A stretch of DNA of 64,000 nucleotides from Pseudomonas sp. (GCA_048266525.1 JBLWZG010000008.1:3136-67135), one strand, 5' to 3'. Numbered from the stretch's first letter, positions 17,581 through 27,047 are shown. The notes: a model not told the origin generated them from the sequence alone. Translations and numbers: made by a program.

Positions 17581-17842
17581 GACTGACCTCCAGGAAATCG
17601 TTAACCTGCTCGAAAATAAAGCTTTCACTTGCATCGAATTTTTTCTTCAAACCCGCCACGATGTCACCAATACAATGTTGCCCATCGCAATAATTTAAGA
17701 TTTCACCGGCGGTTTGATTGAGCTTCACAATGCCTTCTGGGTACATGATGACGTAGGCATCTTGCGAGGGTTCCCAGCGAAACATAAATGATTCGTTAAT
17801 ATTAAAAAAACAGGTATTCGTTATTGAGCTTTTGTTTTTCAT
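17549..17842 (-). CDS. pqqD: PqqD-like peptide chaperone (second copy)
   Basis: FRWEPSQDAYVIMYPEGIVKLNQTAGEILNYCDG aligns to the canonical [36 protein letters not shown]. It overlaps the PqqE-like start by 32 nt. Confidence 0.8.
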   Translation of the reverse strand: MKNKSSITNTCFFNINESFMFRWEPSQDAYVIMYPEGIVKLNQTAGEILNYCDGQHCIGDIVAGLKKKFDASESFIFEQVNDFLEVSHDKGWIRITS

Positions 17843-17896
17843 AGTGTTAGCGCCTTAATAAGGAGCACTGGGAAAAGCATTCCCAGCGCTCTACTG

Positions 17897-17971
17897 TTAG
17901 CGAACGTAAACGTAAGCTGTTACTTCAAAGCCTAGTCTCAGGTCGCTGTACGCTGGATTAATCCACGGCAT
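17897..17971 (-). CDS. pqqA: PqqA-like precursor peptide, 24 aa (not in ORF track)
   Basis: Hand translation gives MPWINPAYSDLRLGFEVTAYVYVR*, preceded by a GGAGGT RBS. It keeps the W..P...DLR.GFEVT.Y...R pattern, with the Glu and Tyr in the same spacing as the copy at 46904. Confidence 0.8.
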   Translation of the reverse strand: MPWINPAYSDLRLGFEVTAYVYVR

Positions 17972-18246
17972 AATTACCTCCAATAGTTTCTTTGATTTAG
18001 AACGAAATATATCGTTCGGGTTTGAGTATATGTCTTGAAAAAGTCAGAGATACACAATGCTTTGGAAGTAATACATCTATCTATTGGTGTTGGTTTGTCT
18101 ATTTTTCTATTGATAAGTTTTTAAATTGATGTAATTGATTTTTGTCATTTTATTATTGTTTTTTTTGTTGTAAGCGATATTTGTGGAAGCTTTAATTAAA
18201 TATATTGAGTGCTATGTTCAAGGAGATACTGAATAAATCAAAAAAT

Positions 18247-18333
18247 GCCATTGCGAGCGTAGCGAAGCAATCCCATTGGCTTTATTTAGCAACACGTTAG
18301 AGATTGCCGCGTCGCGTTGCTCCTCGCAATGAC
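18247..18333. repeat. Pair of short GC-rich palindromic units in inverted orientation
   Basis: GCCATTGCGAGCGTAGCGAAGCAATCCC (18247-18274) and AGATTGCCGCGTCGCGTTGCTCCTCGCAATGAC (18301-18333) sit within an otherwise AT-rich intergenic region. Confidence 0.5.
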
Positions 18334-18564
18334 CTAATTAATCAGTGCTTCCTCAAGTATTAAGTTGATATAAAACGTCATCATTTTATCTCAAGACAGT
18401 GGTGGCAGGATGTTAGAGGGACGGAAAGGCGGGAGATGTGTTGCAGCTTGCCTGTGAGACAAGAAAGGGTCAGTCGGTTGTCCGAGTTATCCCTCAATAG
18501 GCTTTATGTTGTATCCGATGACAGCTTGCATAAAGCGCTATTGGCGGGATGTGGTGCGCTGTGT

Positions 18565-18849
18565 TTATTTTTTCCAGTAGTTGTTGGCGGCGGCAACGGT
18601 TTGATAGTTGGTGGCGACAACTTGGGCTGCGGCCATTAAATTGTCGGCATTGGTTTCATACATGGCACGTACTTGCGTGCGCTTCTCTGCAGAAGGCTGC
18701 GTGTGTTTAACCGCCATTCGCGACATTTTAATGGCCAGCTCATAGCCTTCTTGTGGCGTTTTGGTTTCCAGGCTGCTGAGCCACTGTTCGGCGAAAGCGG
18801 CAGGGCTGATAAAGACGGTTAGGCAGAGTGCGGTTATTGTTTTGTTCAT
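18565..18849 (-). CDS. Small secreted helical protein, unknown function
   Basis: Signal peptide MNKTITALCLTVFISPAAFA begins at ATG 18849. No family recognised. Confidence 0.5.
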   Translation of the reverse strand: MNKTITALCLTVFISPAAFAEQWLSSLETKTPQEGYELAIKMSRMAVKHTQPSAEKRTQVRAMYETNADNLMAAAQVVATNYQTVAAANNYWKK

Positions 18850-19137
18850 AATGGACTCACTGTTTGTATGTATGAGGGGCATGTATTGCGTTCGTTGAAC
18901 TGCACTGGCAGTGTGTCGAGAGGCTGGCTGTTTTTTGAATACTACTTTGGTGTGTTTTGAAATATTTTCGAATTAAGACTTCGGTGTGCTACTGGCGTTG
19001 AATAGGTCAGGCGGCTTGGCTGGTATTGCGCTGTGGCTAGGCAGCACGTAAGGCGTCTGTGTTGCCTGTTCTAAAGCACTATTGCATTCTTCTTCGGGGC
19101 TGTGGATTGTGTAAGCCATTCTCGCTAAGGGGCATAT

Positions 19138-21579
19138 ATGCACGCTATTGACGCACCAACTGATCCTTTATGGGAAATCGATTTAGGCGCAGGCTGTCAA
19201 CTCACCGTGTTACAAGCGGCGGGTGCGCAGCAATGTGCTTTGGCGCTGAGTCTGTGTTCCGGCAGTCATGATGAGCCTTCTGCATATTTGGGCATGGCGC
19301 ATTTCTTAGAGCACTTGGTGTTTCGTGGCAGTAAAAACTATGCGACAGATGATGGCTTAATGGCCTTTGTGCAGCGTCATGGCGGGCAGGTCAATGCACA
19401 AACCCAAGCGCTGCACACCCTGTTTCACTTCCAAGTGGAGGCGCCACTCTTTATCGGTGCACTTGCACGCTTGGTCGATATGCTGGTGTCGCCACGTTTG
19501 GAGCAGGCGATGCTGGAGTCTGAACGAGAAGTGCTGCATGAAGAGTTTCATTTGTATTGCCAGGCCCCACAGATGCTGATGGATGCCGCGCTTGCTCTGG
19601 GCTTGTCGACAGCGCACCCCTTGCAGCGTTTTTATGCCGGTCACCGTGACAGCTTAGCCATTGAGGATGCAGGCTTTAACCAAGTGTTAAGCGCGTTTCA
19701 TCAAAGCGCGTATTTATCCAGTCAGTTAAACATAGTTGTGGTGGTTCCCGATGTTTGGCCACTTTGGCAGGATAACGTTTTAAATGCATTACGGCCCTTA
19801 ACCGAGGTGTTACGAGACAAGCCGCGCCGCGCATTAGCTGCGATAAGTGTTCAGCCAAGCGCAGCGCTTAAGTTATGTTTGCCGCTGCCGGAGCACTATT
19901 GTGTGGTGCATGTGCCGATTAACCAGCAGGCTGAGGGCTTGGCGCAACTGGCGGAGAAACTGCAGCACGCCTTAGTTGTGGGCGCATCGCACTCGTTTCT
20001 AGCCTATGCCAAACAACAGCATGGCTGCTCCAGTATTAAAGTGCGCGCACCTTATGCAGGATCTGAGCAAGGTGTTTTAACTTTCGAGTTTAAATGTTTA
20101 CACAATGATGGTGCGGCGCTATTCACCGCCTTGTTTGCTTGGCTAAGGCAATGGCAGCAGCAGCTGCACAGCGCAGAGCAGCAGGCGTATGAGGCGCAAG
20201 CGCAGGCCAATCGTTGGTTGGTTGCACAGCCCCTAGCTAAAGCCCAGCAGATACTCCGCGATGGCTGGCCGTTACAAGGAATCACAGTGGCCTGCTTCGC
20301 CGCGCTGAAGCAGGTTATGCAGCAGATTGCCGAGCAGGCGTTTGTTCAAGTACTCGCAGGTCCAGAGCCGGTAGAGGGCTTTTATCAGCAAGGTTTGCCG
20401 CTGCAAGTAGAGCGGCTGCCTGTGCGTCAGATTGCCGTTGTGGATACTGCCACCTATAGGTTTTGTAATCCCTTATTTGCTCGGCATGAGCATGTGCCTT
20501 GTGCGCAGAGGCTTGCCTGTAATGCCTTAGCGCAGCATCAACCTGAGGCGTTGGCACAGGGTTTGGCGGTCTGTTATTGGGGATGGCAGGTTGCTCAGCC
20601 GTATGCGCATGCGCAGCGCTTACAGGGGCATATTGCACCTGTGCAGGCGTTGCTGAGCTACAACGCCGTGCAGGTGCAAGTGGAGTGCATGCGCGGTTAT
20701 GTGTTTGTTCGCTTGACCGGTCCAACTGCGTTTTTACCCCTTGCTTTGCAGCAGGTGCTGGCGGCTGTGGACGTACCTTTGCTTGATCTGCCCGTTGAGG
20801 AGAACGGCCACTTTGCTTTGCGCAGGCTTCTGCAGCGCTTGCCTGCGGCCCTTGCTGGGGCTGAACAGGCGTCTGGCACAGCGCAGATGGCATGGGCTGG
20901 TCAAGTGCAAAGCGCGCTGTGGTTGGGTCAGCCGCTGCCAGTGGATGTGTTGCCTGAAGATTATGTGCAGCGTTTACAAGGGTTGCCGAGCAGTCAGGCA
21001 GAGCAACGCCGTTTGCTGGGCTGGCAGTGTGTCGTGGATGACGCTACTGCTGATGCTGTATTAATCGTGCACATCCCTTTACCAGCTATCAACAGTGCGG
21101 ATAAGGATCGGATGCGCGCGGTAAACAAGGTGCTGAGTCGGCATTTTCAGAGTGCCTTACAGCGTTCTTTGCGCGATGAACAGGGCTTATGTTATGCGGT
21201 CTTGGTGATGCCGTCGGCGCAAGTCGAGCATGAGGGGCTGGTTTGTGCTGTGCAGTCCAGTAAGGTCAGCGCAGCACGGATCTTGACTGAGATACAGCAC
21301 TGTTTAGCAGATTTTCAGGCCGGTTTGCCGGCACACTTGGAGGTGCTGCTGACAGAAATATTGGCTCAGGCTGAACAGTTAGAGCGTGGCTGCTTTAGTG
21401 TTGAACACTTAAGTCAGATGCTGTTTAGGCACTGGTTGGAACAACGCCTCGCCACAGGTTTGGCTGAAGAGGCGCGAGCGGTGCGCGCCATAAGCACTGC
21501 TGATATTGGGCGGTATTGCCAAACCATCCAAGATCAGCGCTGCTGGTTTTTATTGAGCAATCAGGCGGCTGCTGAATAA
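19138..21579 (+). CDS. pqqF: M16-family zinc protease PqqF
   Basis: 813-aa ORF with the inverted zinc motif HxxEH (GMAHFLEHLVFRGSKNY). Its size and context match PqqF. Confidence 0.75.
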   Translation: MHAIDAPTDPLWEIDLGAGCQLTVLQAAGAQQCALALSLCSGSHDEPSAYLGMAHFLEHLVFRGSKNYATDDGLMAFVQRHGGQVNAQTQALHTLFHFQVEAPLFIGALARLVDMLVSPRLEQAMLESEREVLHEEFHLYCQAPQMLMDAALALGLSTAHPLQRFYAGHRDSLAIEDAGFNQVLSAFHQSAYLSSQLNIVVVVPDVWPLWQDNVLNALRPLTEVLRDKPRRALAAISVQPSAALKLCLPLPEHYCVVHVPINQQAEGLAQLAEKLQHALVVGASHSFLAYAKQQHGCSSIKVRAPYAGSEQGVLTFEFKCLHNDGAALFTALFAWLRQWQQQLHSAEQQAYEAQAQANRWLVAQPLAKAQQILRDGWPLQGITVACFAALKQVMQQIAEQAFVQVLAGPEPVEGFYQQGLPLQVERLPVRQIAVVDTATYRFCNPLFARHEHVPCAQRLACNALAQHQPEALAQGLAVCYWGWQVAQPYAHAQRLQGHIAPVQALLSYNAVQVQVECMRGYVFVRLTGPTAFLPLALQQVLAAVDVPLLDLPVEENGHFALRRLLQRLPAALAGAEQASGTAQMAWAGQVQSALWLGQPLPVDVLPEDYVQRLQGLPSSQAEQRRLLGWQCVVDDATADAVLIVHIPLPAINSADKDRMRAVNKVLSRHFQSALQRSLRDEQGLCYAVLVMPSAQVEHEGLVCAVQSSKVSAARILTEIQHCLADFQAGLPAHLEVLLTEILAQAEQLERGCFSVEHLSQMLFRHWLEQRLATGLAEEARAVRAISTADIGRYCQTIQDQRCWFLLSNQAAAE

Positions 21580-21733
21580 AGCCTCTAAATCTGCCCTACA
21601 CAAGCGCAGACTTTTAAGTTCGAGTTTGAATTTAAAGCTGTGCCGCTTGCTTATTATCTTTTAATGTATTGTTTGATGTGTTTAAAGTCAGTTTGCATTT
21701 TTTATTATCCTGCTGAATTAACTCTAAAGTAGT

Positions 21734-21777
21734 GCCTGCTGGTTAAGCCAGCAGGCTCAAGCTAAGTTGTGTTTTTT
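21734..21777 (+). terminator. Hairpin downstream of pqqF, possible terminator
   Basis: GCCTGCTGG-ttaag-CCAGCAGGC forms a 9-bp stem. The T-run begins only about 15 nt later. Confidence 0.35.
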
Positions 21778-21967
21778 ATAAATATTAATTTTTAAACTTA
21801 GTTCTTTTGGATGCATACGATAGAGATGAATTATATATATCCAAAGAAGCTATCTGTAAGTTGTGTTCAATAGCCTCTAAAGCGGTGTATTAGTCGAGTG
21901 CATAGCTTCTAATAATCAGTACCGAAGCGACTGATAGGTCAGTTGTTGCATTTCTGTGGAGAAGTTT

Positions 21968-23152
21968 ATGTATAACAAAAAAATTGCCAAACATATTTTT
22001 ATGCCGTTAGCACTGGCTGGTGCTGTCGCCGCCGCCAGTACTCCCGCTTTAGCTGAGATCGTTCTTTATGATAAAGACGATACAACTTTCTCGACCGATG
22101 GTTATGTAAATGCGTTTTATGTGAACAGTGATGTTGACCGTGATGGTGATCAGTTTGACCGCCGTCAGTCGCGGATCAAGATGGGTTTTTTGCCCAACTA
22201 CATTGGCTTCAATATGGGTAAAAAAATCGATGGCTTGCAGCTAGGTGGCCGCGCCTCGTTTTGGGTGACGATCAATGACAGCGATGATAATGGTACCGGC
22301 ACCGATATCGATGTACGTCAGTTTTACGGCACGGTTAGCAATAGCGAGTGGGGTGAAGTGCTGATTGGTAAAGATTTCGGTCTGTTTGCCCGCTCTAATA
22401 TTTTGCTTGATGAGCTGCTAGCTGGTTACGGACAAGTCAGTGACACCTTAGGCTTAGTCGATGGTGGTGGCGTGTCCTTTGGTAATATCGGCAGTGGCTA
22501 CCCGTACCCATTCCCAACTTCACAGATTACCTATCGCTCACCGGTCATGAGTGGTTTACGTGTCGCGGTGGGTTTAATGGATCCCGTCGATACCAACGAT
22601 AGCAGTGCATTGGGTAAGGCTTATCAGAAAAATCCACGCATGGAATCAGAAATCACCTATCAGTTTGACCTGGCTGGCGCAGAGATTTACTCATGGCTCA
22701 ATGGCGGCTATCAGACTTCAGAAAACACTGACAGTGCGGTTAAAGACGTCACCTCCAAAGGCTTAGGTTACGGTGTACAAGCCAAGATGGGGCAATTTAC
22801 TGTCAGCGGTTCAGGTTTTACTGCGAAAGGGATTAACCCGTTCTTTACCAATAACGCGGGTAACGCAACACTGCGCGATATCGACAGTAAAGGGTACTTG
22901 GCGCAGGGCTCGTATCGCTTTGGTAAAAACCGCTTGGCTCTAAGCTATGGTAAAACCAAGGATGATGGTAACGGTGCAGTGGCGACCGGTGCTGATTATG
23001 AAACACGCGGCATTGCCTTGTTCCGCGACATCAATGACAACTTAAAGTTAGTGGCTGAATACAATCAGTTTGAAATTGATGGCCACAAAGGCAACACCGC
23101 CGCCAATGAAGACACCAATACTTTTGCCGTGGGTGCTGTGTTGACCTGGTAA
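21968..23152 (+). CDS. Outer-membrane general porin
   Basis: ATG follows a GGAGAA RBS. Signal peptide ends ...TPALA. The sequence has a beta-strand-rich alternating pattern, and the C-terminus ...FAVGAVLTW ends in an aromatic residue. Confidence 0.75.
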   Translation: MYNKKIAKHIFMPLALAGAVAAASTPALAEIVLYDKDDTTFSTDGYVNAFYVNSDVDRDGDQFDRRQSRIKMGFLPNYIGFNMGKKIDGLQLGGRASFWVTINDSDDNGTGTDIDVRQFYGTVSNSEWGEVLIGKDFGLFARSNILLDELLAGYGQVSDTLGLVDGGGVSFGNIGSGYPYPFPTSQITYRSPVMSGLRVAVGLMDPVDTNDSSALGKAYQKNPRMESEITYQFDLAGAEIYSWLNGGYQTSENTDSAVKDVTSKGLGYGVQAKMGQFTVSGSGFTAKGINPFFTNNAGNATLRDIDSKGYLAQGSYRFGKNRLALSYGKTKDDGNGAVATGADYETRGIALFRDINDNLKLVAEYNQFEIDGHKGNTAANEDTNTFAVGAVLTW

Positions 23153-23173
23153 GCCCCTGCGATTGTGCTGACA

Positions 23174-23205
23174 AACCAGAAGTGTTCAGGCCTTCTGGTT
23201 TTTTA
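23174..23205 (+). terminator. Rho-independent terminator
   Basis: AACCAGAAG-loop-CTTCTGGTT followed by TTTTT. Confidence 0.8.
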
Positions 23206-23299
23206 TTATTAAGCCTTTAGTAGGTACTGCTCGCGACTGAAGGGGCATGGGTTTCTGGCTTGATGTTCTTAAAATAGACACATAATAGGTAGGTGAGTT

Positions 23300-24472
23300 A
23301 TGGGTCTAGCACAATTATCATTTGATAATGAAGGAATCACAACAGCAGTGTCCTTTGCCCAGCAGGCAGAGGCTGCCTCCGAGGATTTAGCACAGCAGCT
23401 GCTGGATCCTTACTTGGGTTTTGTACTGTTTTTCTGCTCGGCGGAATATGATTTAGCTGCGCTGTCAAAAGCCCTTGAAGGTTGTTTTGGCAGTGTGCCG
23501 CTGATTGGTTGCACTACGGCTGGAGAAATCAGCTCGGAAGGCTATGGCCGTGGTTGTATCAGTGCCATCGGTTTTGATCATCGGCATTTTTCTGTGGCCA
23601 GTGTCTTGATCGATGAAATGGAGCGTTTCAGTTTATATGATGCACAAGAGCTGGTGGAAAACCTGGTCAGTGATTGCCGCAGTAACGCTTTAGCACCGAT
23701 TAAAGACCATAGTTTTGCCTTAACCCTGCTCGATGGTCTGTCCAGTCGTGAAGAAGTGGTGCTGGCTGCGCTCAGTGCTGCATTGGGGAGCATTCCTCAC
23801 TTTGGCGGTTCTGCCGGTGATGACAACCATTTGACCCACACCCATGTTTATTACGATGGCCAATTCCACAATGGCGCGGCAGTGGTGGTGTTGATTAACA
23901 CCCATTTAGATTTTGAGGTGTTTACCACCCACCACTTACAGCCCTCCACAGAAAAGTTGGTGGTCACTAAGGTAGACAGCGACTCTCGCCGCGTGCTCGA
24001 GTTCAATGCTGAGCCTGCCGCTAAAGAGTATGCACGCTTAATCGGTCGACGCTTAGATGAGTTGGATATGCATCTGTTTGCCAGCCATCCATTGGCGGTG
24101 AAAATCAGTGGACGTTACTATCCGCGCGCGATTCAGCAGACCAATGCTGATCAGAGCCTGACATTTTATTGTGCAGTAGAAAATGGCATTGTCCTCACTG
24201 CCATGCATACCACCTCCTTGCTGGATAATGTTAATGAGCTGTTTTTAGGACTCAATCAACGTTTGGGTGAGCTGCTGATTACCATCGGCTGTGATTGTTT
24301 TTTACGCCGCTTGGAAATTGATAGCACAGGCAGTCAGCAGTCCATTGAGGACGTGCTGAAAAAGCAGCATGTGATTGGCTTCAACACCTACGGTGAGCAG
24401 TTCAATGGCATGCACATTAATCAGACTTTTACTGGCGTAGCCATTGGACGGCCCAAATATGGCCAGCGCTGA
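23300..24472 (+). CDS. FIST-domain sensory protein
   Basis: Recognised as FIST N/C-like. It overlaps the start of the downstream hybrid kinase, as in the Pseudomonas PA1975-PA1976 arrangement. Confidence 0.6.
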   Translation: MGLAQLSFDNEGITTAVSFAQQAEAASEDLAQQLLDPYLGFVLFFCSAEYDLAALSKALEGCFGSVPLIGCTTAGEISSEGYGRGCISAIGFDHRHFSVASVLIDEMERFSLYDAQELVENLVSDCRSNALAPIKDHSFALTLLDGLSSREEVVLAALSAALGSIPHFGGSAGDDNHLTHTHVYYDGQFHNGAAVVVLINTHLDFEVFTTHHLQPSTEKLVVTKVDSDSRRVLEFNAEPAAKEYARLIGRRLDELDMHLFASHPLAVKISGRYYPRAIQQTNADQSLTFYCAVENGIVLTAMHTTSLLDNVNELFLGLNQRLGELLITIGCDCFLRRLEIDSTGSQQSIEDVLKKQHVIGFNTYGEQFNGMHINQTFTGVAIGRPKYGQR

Positions 24473-27038
24473 CCTTGCCGCACAGCTTCATGTTTTGCAG
24501 CAAGAAAACAGCAAGCTGCGCCGGATCAATGCTGCCTTAGTTGAGCGGGTTGAGTCCGGTACGACACAAAACTCGGATGCCTATGCTGCATTTCGCCATT
24601 CTGTGGTACTCGCCGAACAAGTGCGTGAGCGCACCGATGCGCTCAATCAAACCATGGCTGATTTGAAAAAAAGCAATACATTGCTCAGTCATGCGCGGCA
24701 AACCGCAGAAGTTGCCCATCAGCATTTAATTGATGCGATCGAGAGCACCAGTGATGGGTTTGTCTTGTTTGATAAAGAGCATCGGGTGGTTCTATTTAAC
24801 CGCCACTTTAAAAAGTTTTGGGACAAAAGTGCTTATCGGATTCATGTTGGCACCTTGCTCAGTGAGGTCAGAAGCTTTATTGAAGGCACAGGCTTGATTG
24901 TTGAAAAGCAACGCAGTGGCCACCAGCGTTTGTTGTATCGTTTGCGCACTGGCCGCTGGTTACAAGTTACCGAACGCCCGACCCAAGAGGGTGGCTTGGT
25001 GATTTTATACACTGACATCACTGAGTTAAAACACTCAGAGGCGCAGCGGCGTGAGCAAGCACTCGCGCAAAAAACCCGCTTATTGCAGCAAACCGTAGAT
25101 AACTTGTCGCAAGGCGTTGCGATGGTCAGCGCTGAAGGTGTTTTAGAGTTGTGGAACCACCGCTTTTTGGAGTTGTGTGATCTGCAGCCGATTGAAGCCA
25201 ACTGTTCATTTGTGGAGGTGATGGCCAGCAGTCCTGCCGCAGTATTGACCCCGCAAAGTGTTGATCAGGAAGGCCAGCCGCTCCGGCAAAAAGAGCAGCA
25301 CTTGGCCGATGATCGAGTGGTTGAAATTCGTACCCATTTGCTCCCTGGCGGTGCCTTTGTGAATACCTTTACTGACATCACAGAGCGTTACCAACATGCG
25401 CAAGCGCTGCGTAAAAGTGAGCAATGGATACGTTTGATCACCGACCATGTGCCGGCCATGATTGCCTATGTCAATCAAGACTTTACCTATGAGTTTACCA
25501 ATAAGGTCTATGAAGAGTGGTACCGCTGGCCGCGCAATAGCATTTTAGGGTGCAGTTTGCGTGATGCACACAGTGATGAGCATTTTCTGCGTTTGCAGCC
25601 CTATATCAATCGCGCCCTCAAAGGCGAAAGTCTAACCTTCGATGTGGCGGAAAGCAGCGTCTTGGGTAAGCAGCGTTTTATGCAGCGCTCCTATGTACCG
25701 AACCGACAGAGCAGTGGTGAAATTACCGGTATTTTTGTGCTGGTACGCGACATCACTGAGCGCCGACAAACTGCCGAGGCATTGCACCAAGCCTACCAAA
25801 ACCTTGAAGGACGGGTGCGTGAGCGTACGGCGGAATTAACTCAGTTAAACGCACAGTTGGTCTCGGAAATTGATGTGCGTAAGCGTGCCGAAGTCCATCT
25901 GCTTGAGGCAAAACGTGAAGCGGAAGAAGCTAATTTATCAAAAACAAAGTTTTTAGCTGCGGTCAGTCATGATTTATTGCAGCCCTTAAATGCGGCGCGC
26001 CTATTTACCGGCTCCTTAGCCGAGCGCTCGGAAGCGAGCAACTGCCTCAGTCTGATTAAGAACATCAGTAACTCGCTGGATGATGTGGAAAATCTGTTGG
26101 GCACTTTAGTCGACATTTCTAAGTTGGATGCCGGTGTAATTAAGGCAGATGTCTCGGCGTTTGCTGTCCATCAATTGCTAAAAAATCTAGCCGTGGAGCA
26201 TCAACAGTTGGCGAAAAGTGTCGGATTGAGCTTGGATTTTGTACCCAGTTCAGTTTTGGTAAAAAGCGACATTAATTTGTTGGCGCGTATCTTACGCAAC
26301 TTTTTAAGTAATGCGATTCGTTATACCGAGAGCGGTAGAGTGTTATTGGGCTGTCGTCGCCATGTTGATTGTATTTCTATTGAGGTGTGGGATACGGGCA
26401 TTGGTGTGCCTAAGGATAAACAAGAAGAGATTTTTCAAGAGTTTAAACGCGGTGATGGACAGCGGTTAAAGCAGGATCGAGGGCTGGGTTTAGGTTTGGC
26501 GATCGTGGAAAAAATTACGCGCATTTTAGGCCATCGGGTGCGGGTGTCCTCTCAGCCTGGCAAAGGCTCAATGTTCGCTGTTGAAGTACCTTTAGCCCAA
26601 TCCCACGAACTGCAGAGGTTGCCCGATGTGCAAGTACCGTTCTGTGATTTAGATCGTCTGGCTGGCGCTCGTATTTGGGTGCTGGACAATGACCTGGCGA
26701 TTTGTCAGGCCATGCGCACGTTGCTGGAAGGCTGGGGCTGTTTGGTCAGCACCGGGCTGTCAGAAGAGGATTTAGCCGAGCAAGTTGGCAGCTTTCAGGC
26801 TGACGCAGATTTATTAATCGTCGATTACCATTTGGATAATGAAGCCAACGGGGTGGATGTGGCGGTGAACATCAATCAGCAACGTCGCACGCCACTGCCA
26901 ACCTTGATGATTACCGCCAACTACAGTAATGAGCTTAAGCAACAAATGCGCACGCTGGGACACACCATGATGCATAAGCCAATCAAGCCTATGCGCTTAA
27001 AAACTGCACTCAATCATCTATTGGATCATTCTCGCTGA
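24459..27038 (+). CDS. PAS-containing hybrid sensor histidine kinase with receiver (ErcS/NahK-like)
   Basis: H-box FLAAVSHDLLQPLNAA, N-box LRNFLSNAIRYT, G-boxes WDTGIGVP and GLGLGLAIV, C-terminal receiver (LLIVDYHLD...HKPIKP). The start is probably ATG 24459. Confidence 0.85.
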   Translation: MASADLAAQLHVLQQENSKLRRINAALVERVESGTTQNSDAYAAFRHSVVLAEQVRERTDALNQTMADLKKSNTLLSHARQTAEVAHQHLIDAIESTSDGFVLFDKEHRVVLFNRHFKKFWDKSAYRIHVGTLLSEVRSFIEGTGLIVEKQRSGHQRLLYRLRTGRWLQVTERPTQEGGLVILYTDITELKHSEAQRREQALAQKTRLLQQTVDNLSQGVAMVSAEGVLELWNHRFLELCDLQPIEANCSFVEVMASSPAAVLTPQSVDQEGQPLRQKEQHLADDRVVEIRTHLLPGGAFVNTFTDITERYQHAQALRKSEQWIRLITDHVPAMIAYVNQDFTYEFTNKVYEEWYRWPRNSILGCSLRDAHSDEHFLRLQPYINRALKGESLTFDVAESSVLGKQRFMQRSYVPNRQSSGEITGIFVLVRDITERRQTAEALHQAYQNLEGRVRERTAELTQLNAQLVSEIDVRKRAEVHLLEAKREAEEANLSKTKFLAAVSHDLLQPLNAARLFTGSLAERSEASNCLSLIKNISNSLDDVENLLGTLVDISKLDAGVIKADVSAFAVHQLLKNLAVEHQQLAKSVGLSLDFVPSSVLVKSDINLLARILRNFLSNAIRYTESGRVLLGCRRHVDCISIEVWDTGIGVPKDKQEEIFQEFKRGDGQRLKQDRGLGLGLAIVEKITRILGHRVRVSSQPGKGSMFAVEVPLAQSHELQRLPDVQVPFCDLDRLAGARIWVLDNDLAICQAMRTLLEGWGCLVSTGLSEEDLAEQVGSFQADADLLIVDYHLDNEANGVDVAVNINQQRRTPLPTLMITANYSNELKQQMRTLGHTMMHKPIKPMRLKTALNHLLDHSR

Positions 27039-27047
27039 GTGATTGTC

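Noticed and set aside
17980-18240. AT-rich block that might indicate horizontally acquired DNA
   Set aside because: It is only about 260 nt, lies exactly in the intergenic promoter region upstream of the PqqA-like gene, and has no mobile-element genes nearby. It is more simply a promoter/UP-element region.
20315-20893. 192-aa antisense ORF inside pqqF, plus other ORFs at 20052-21064
   Set aside because: Low-complexity Ala/Pro/Gln-rich translations, typical of the antisense frame of a GC-rich gene. The sense frame carries the M16 protease signature.
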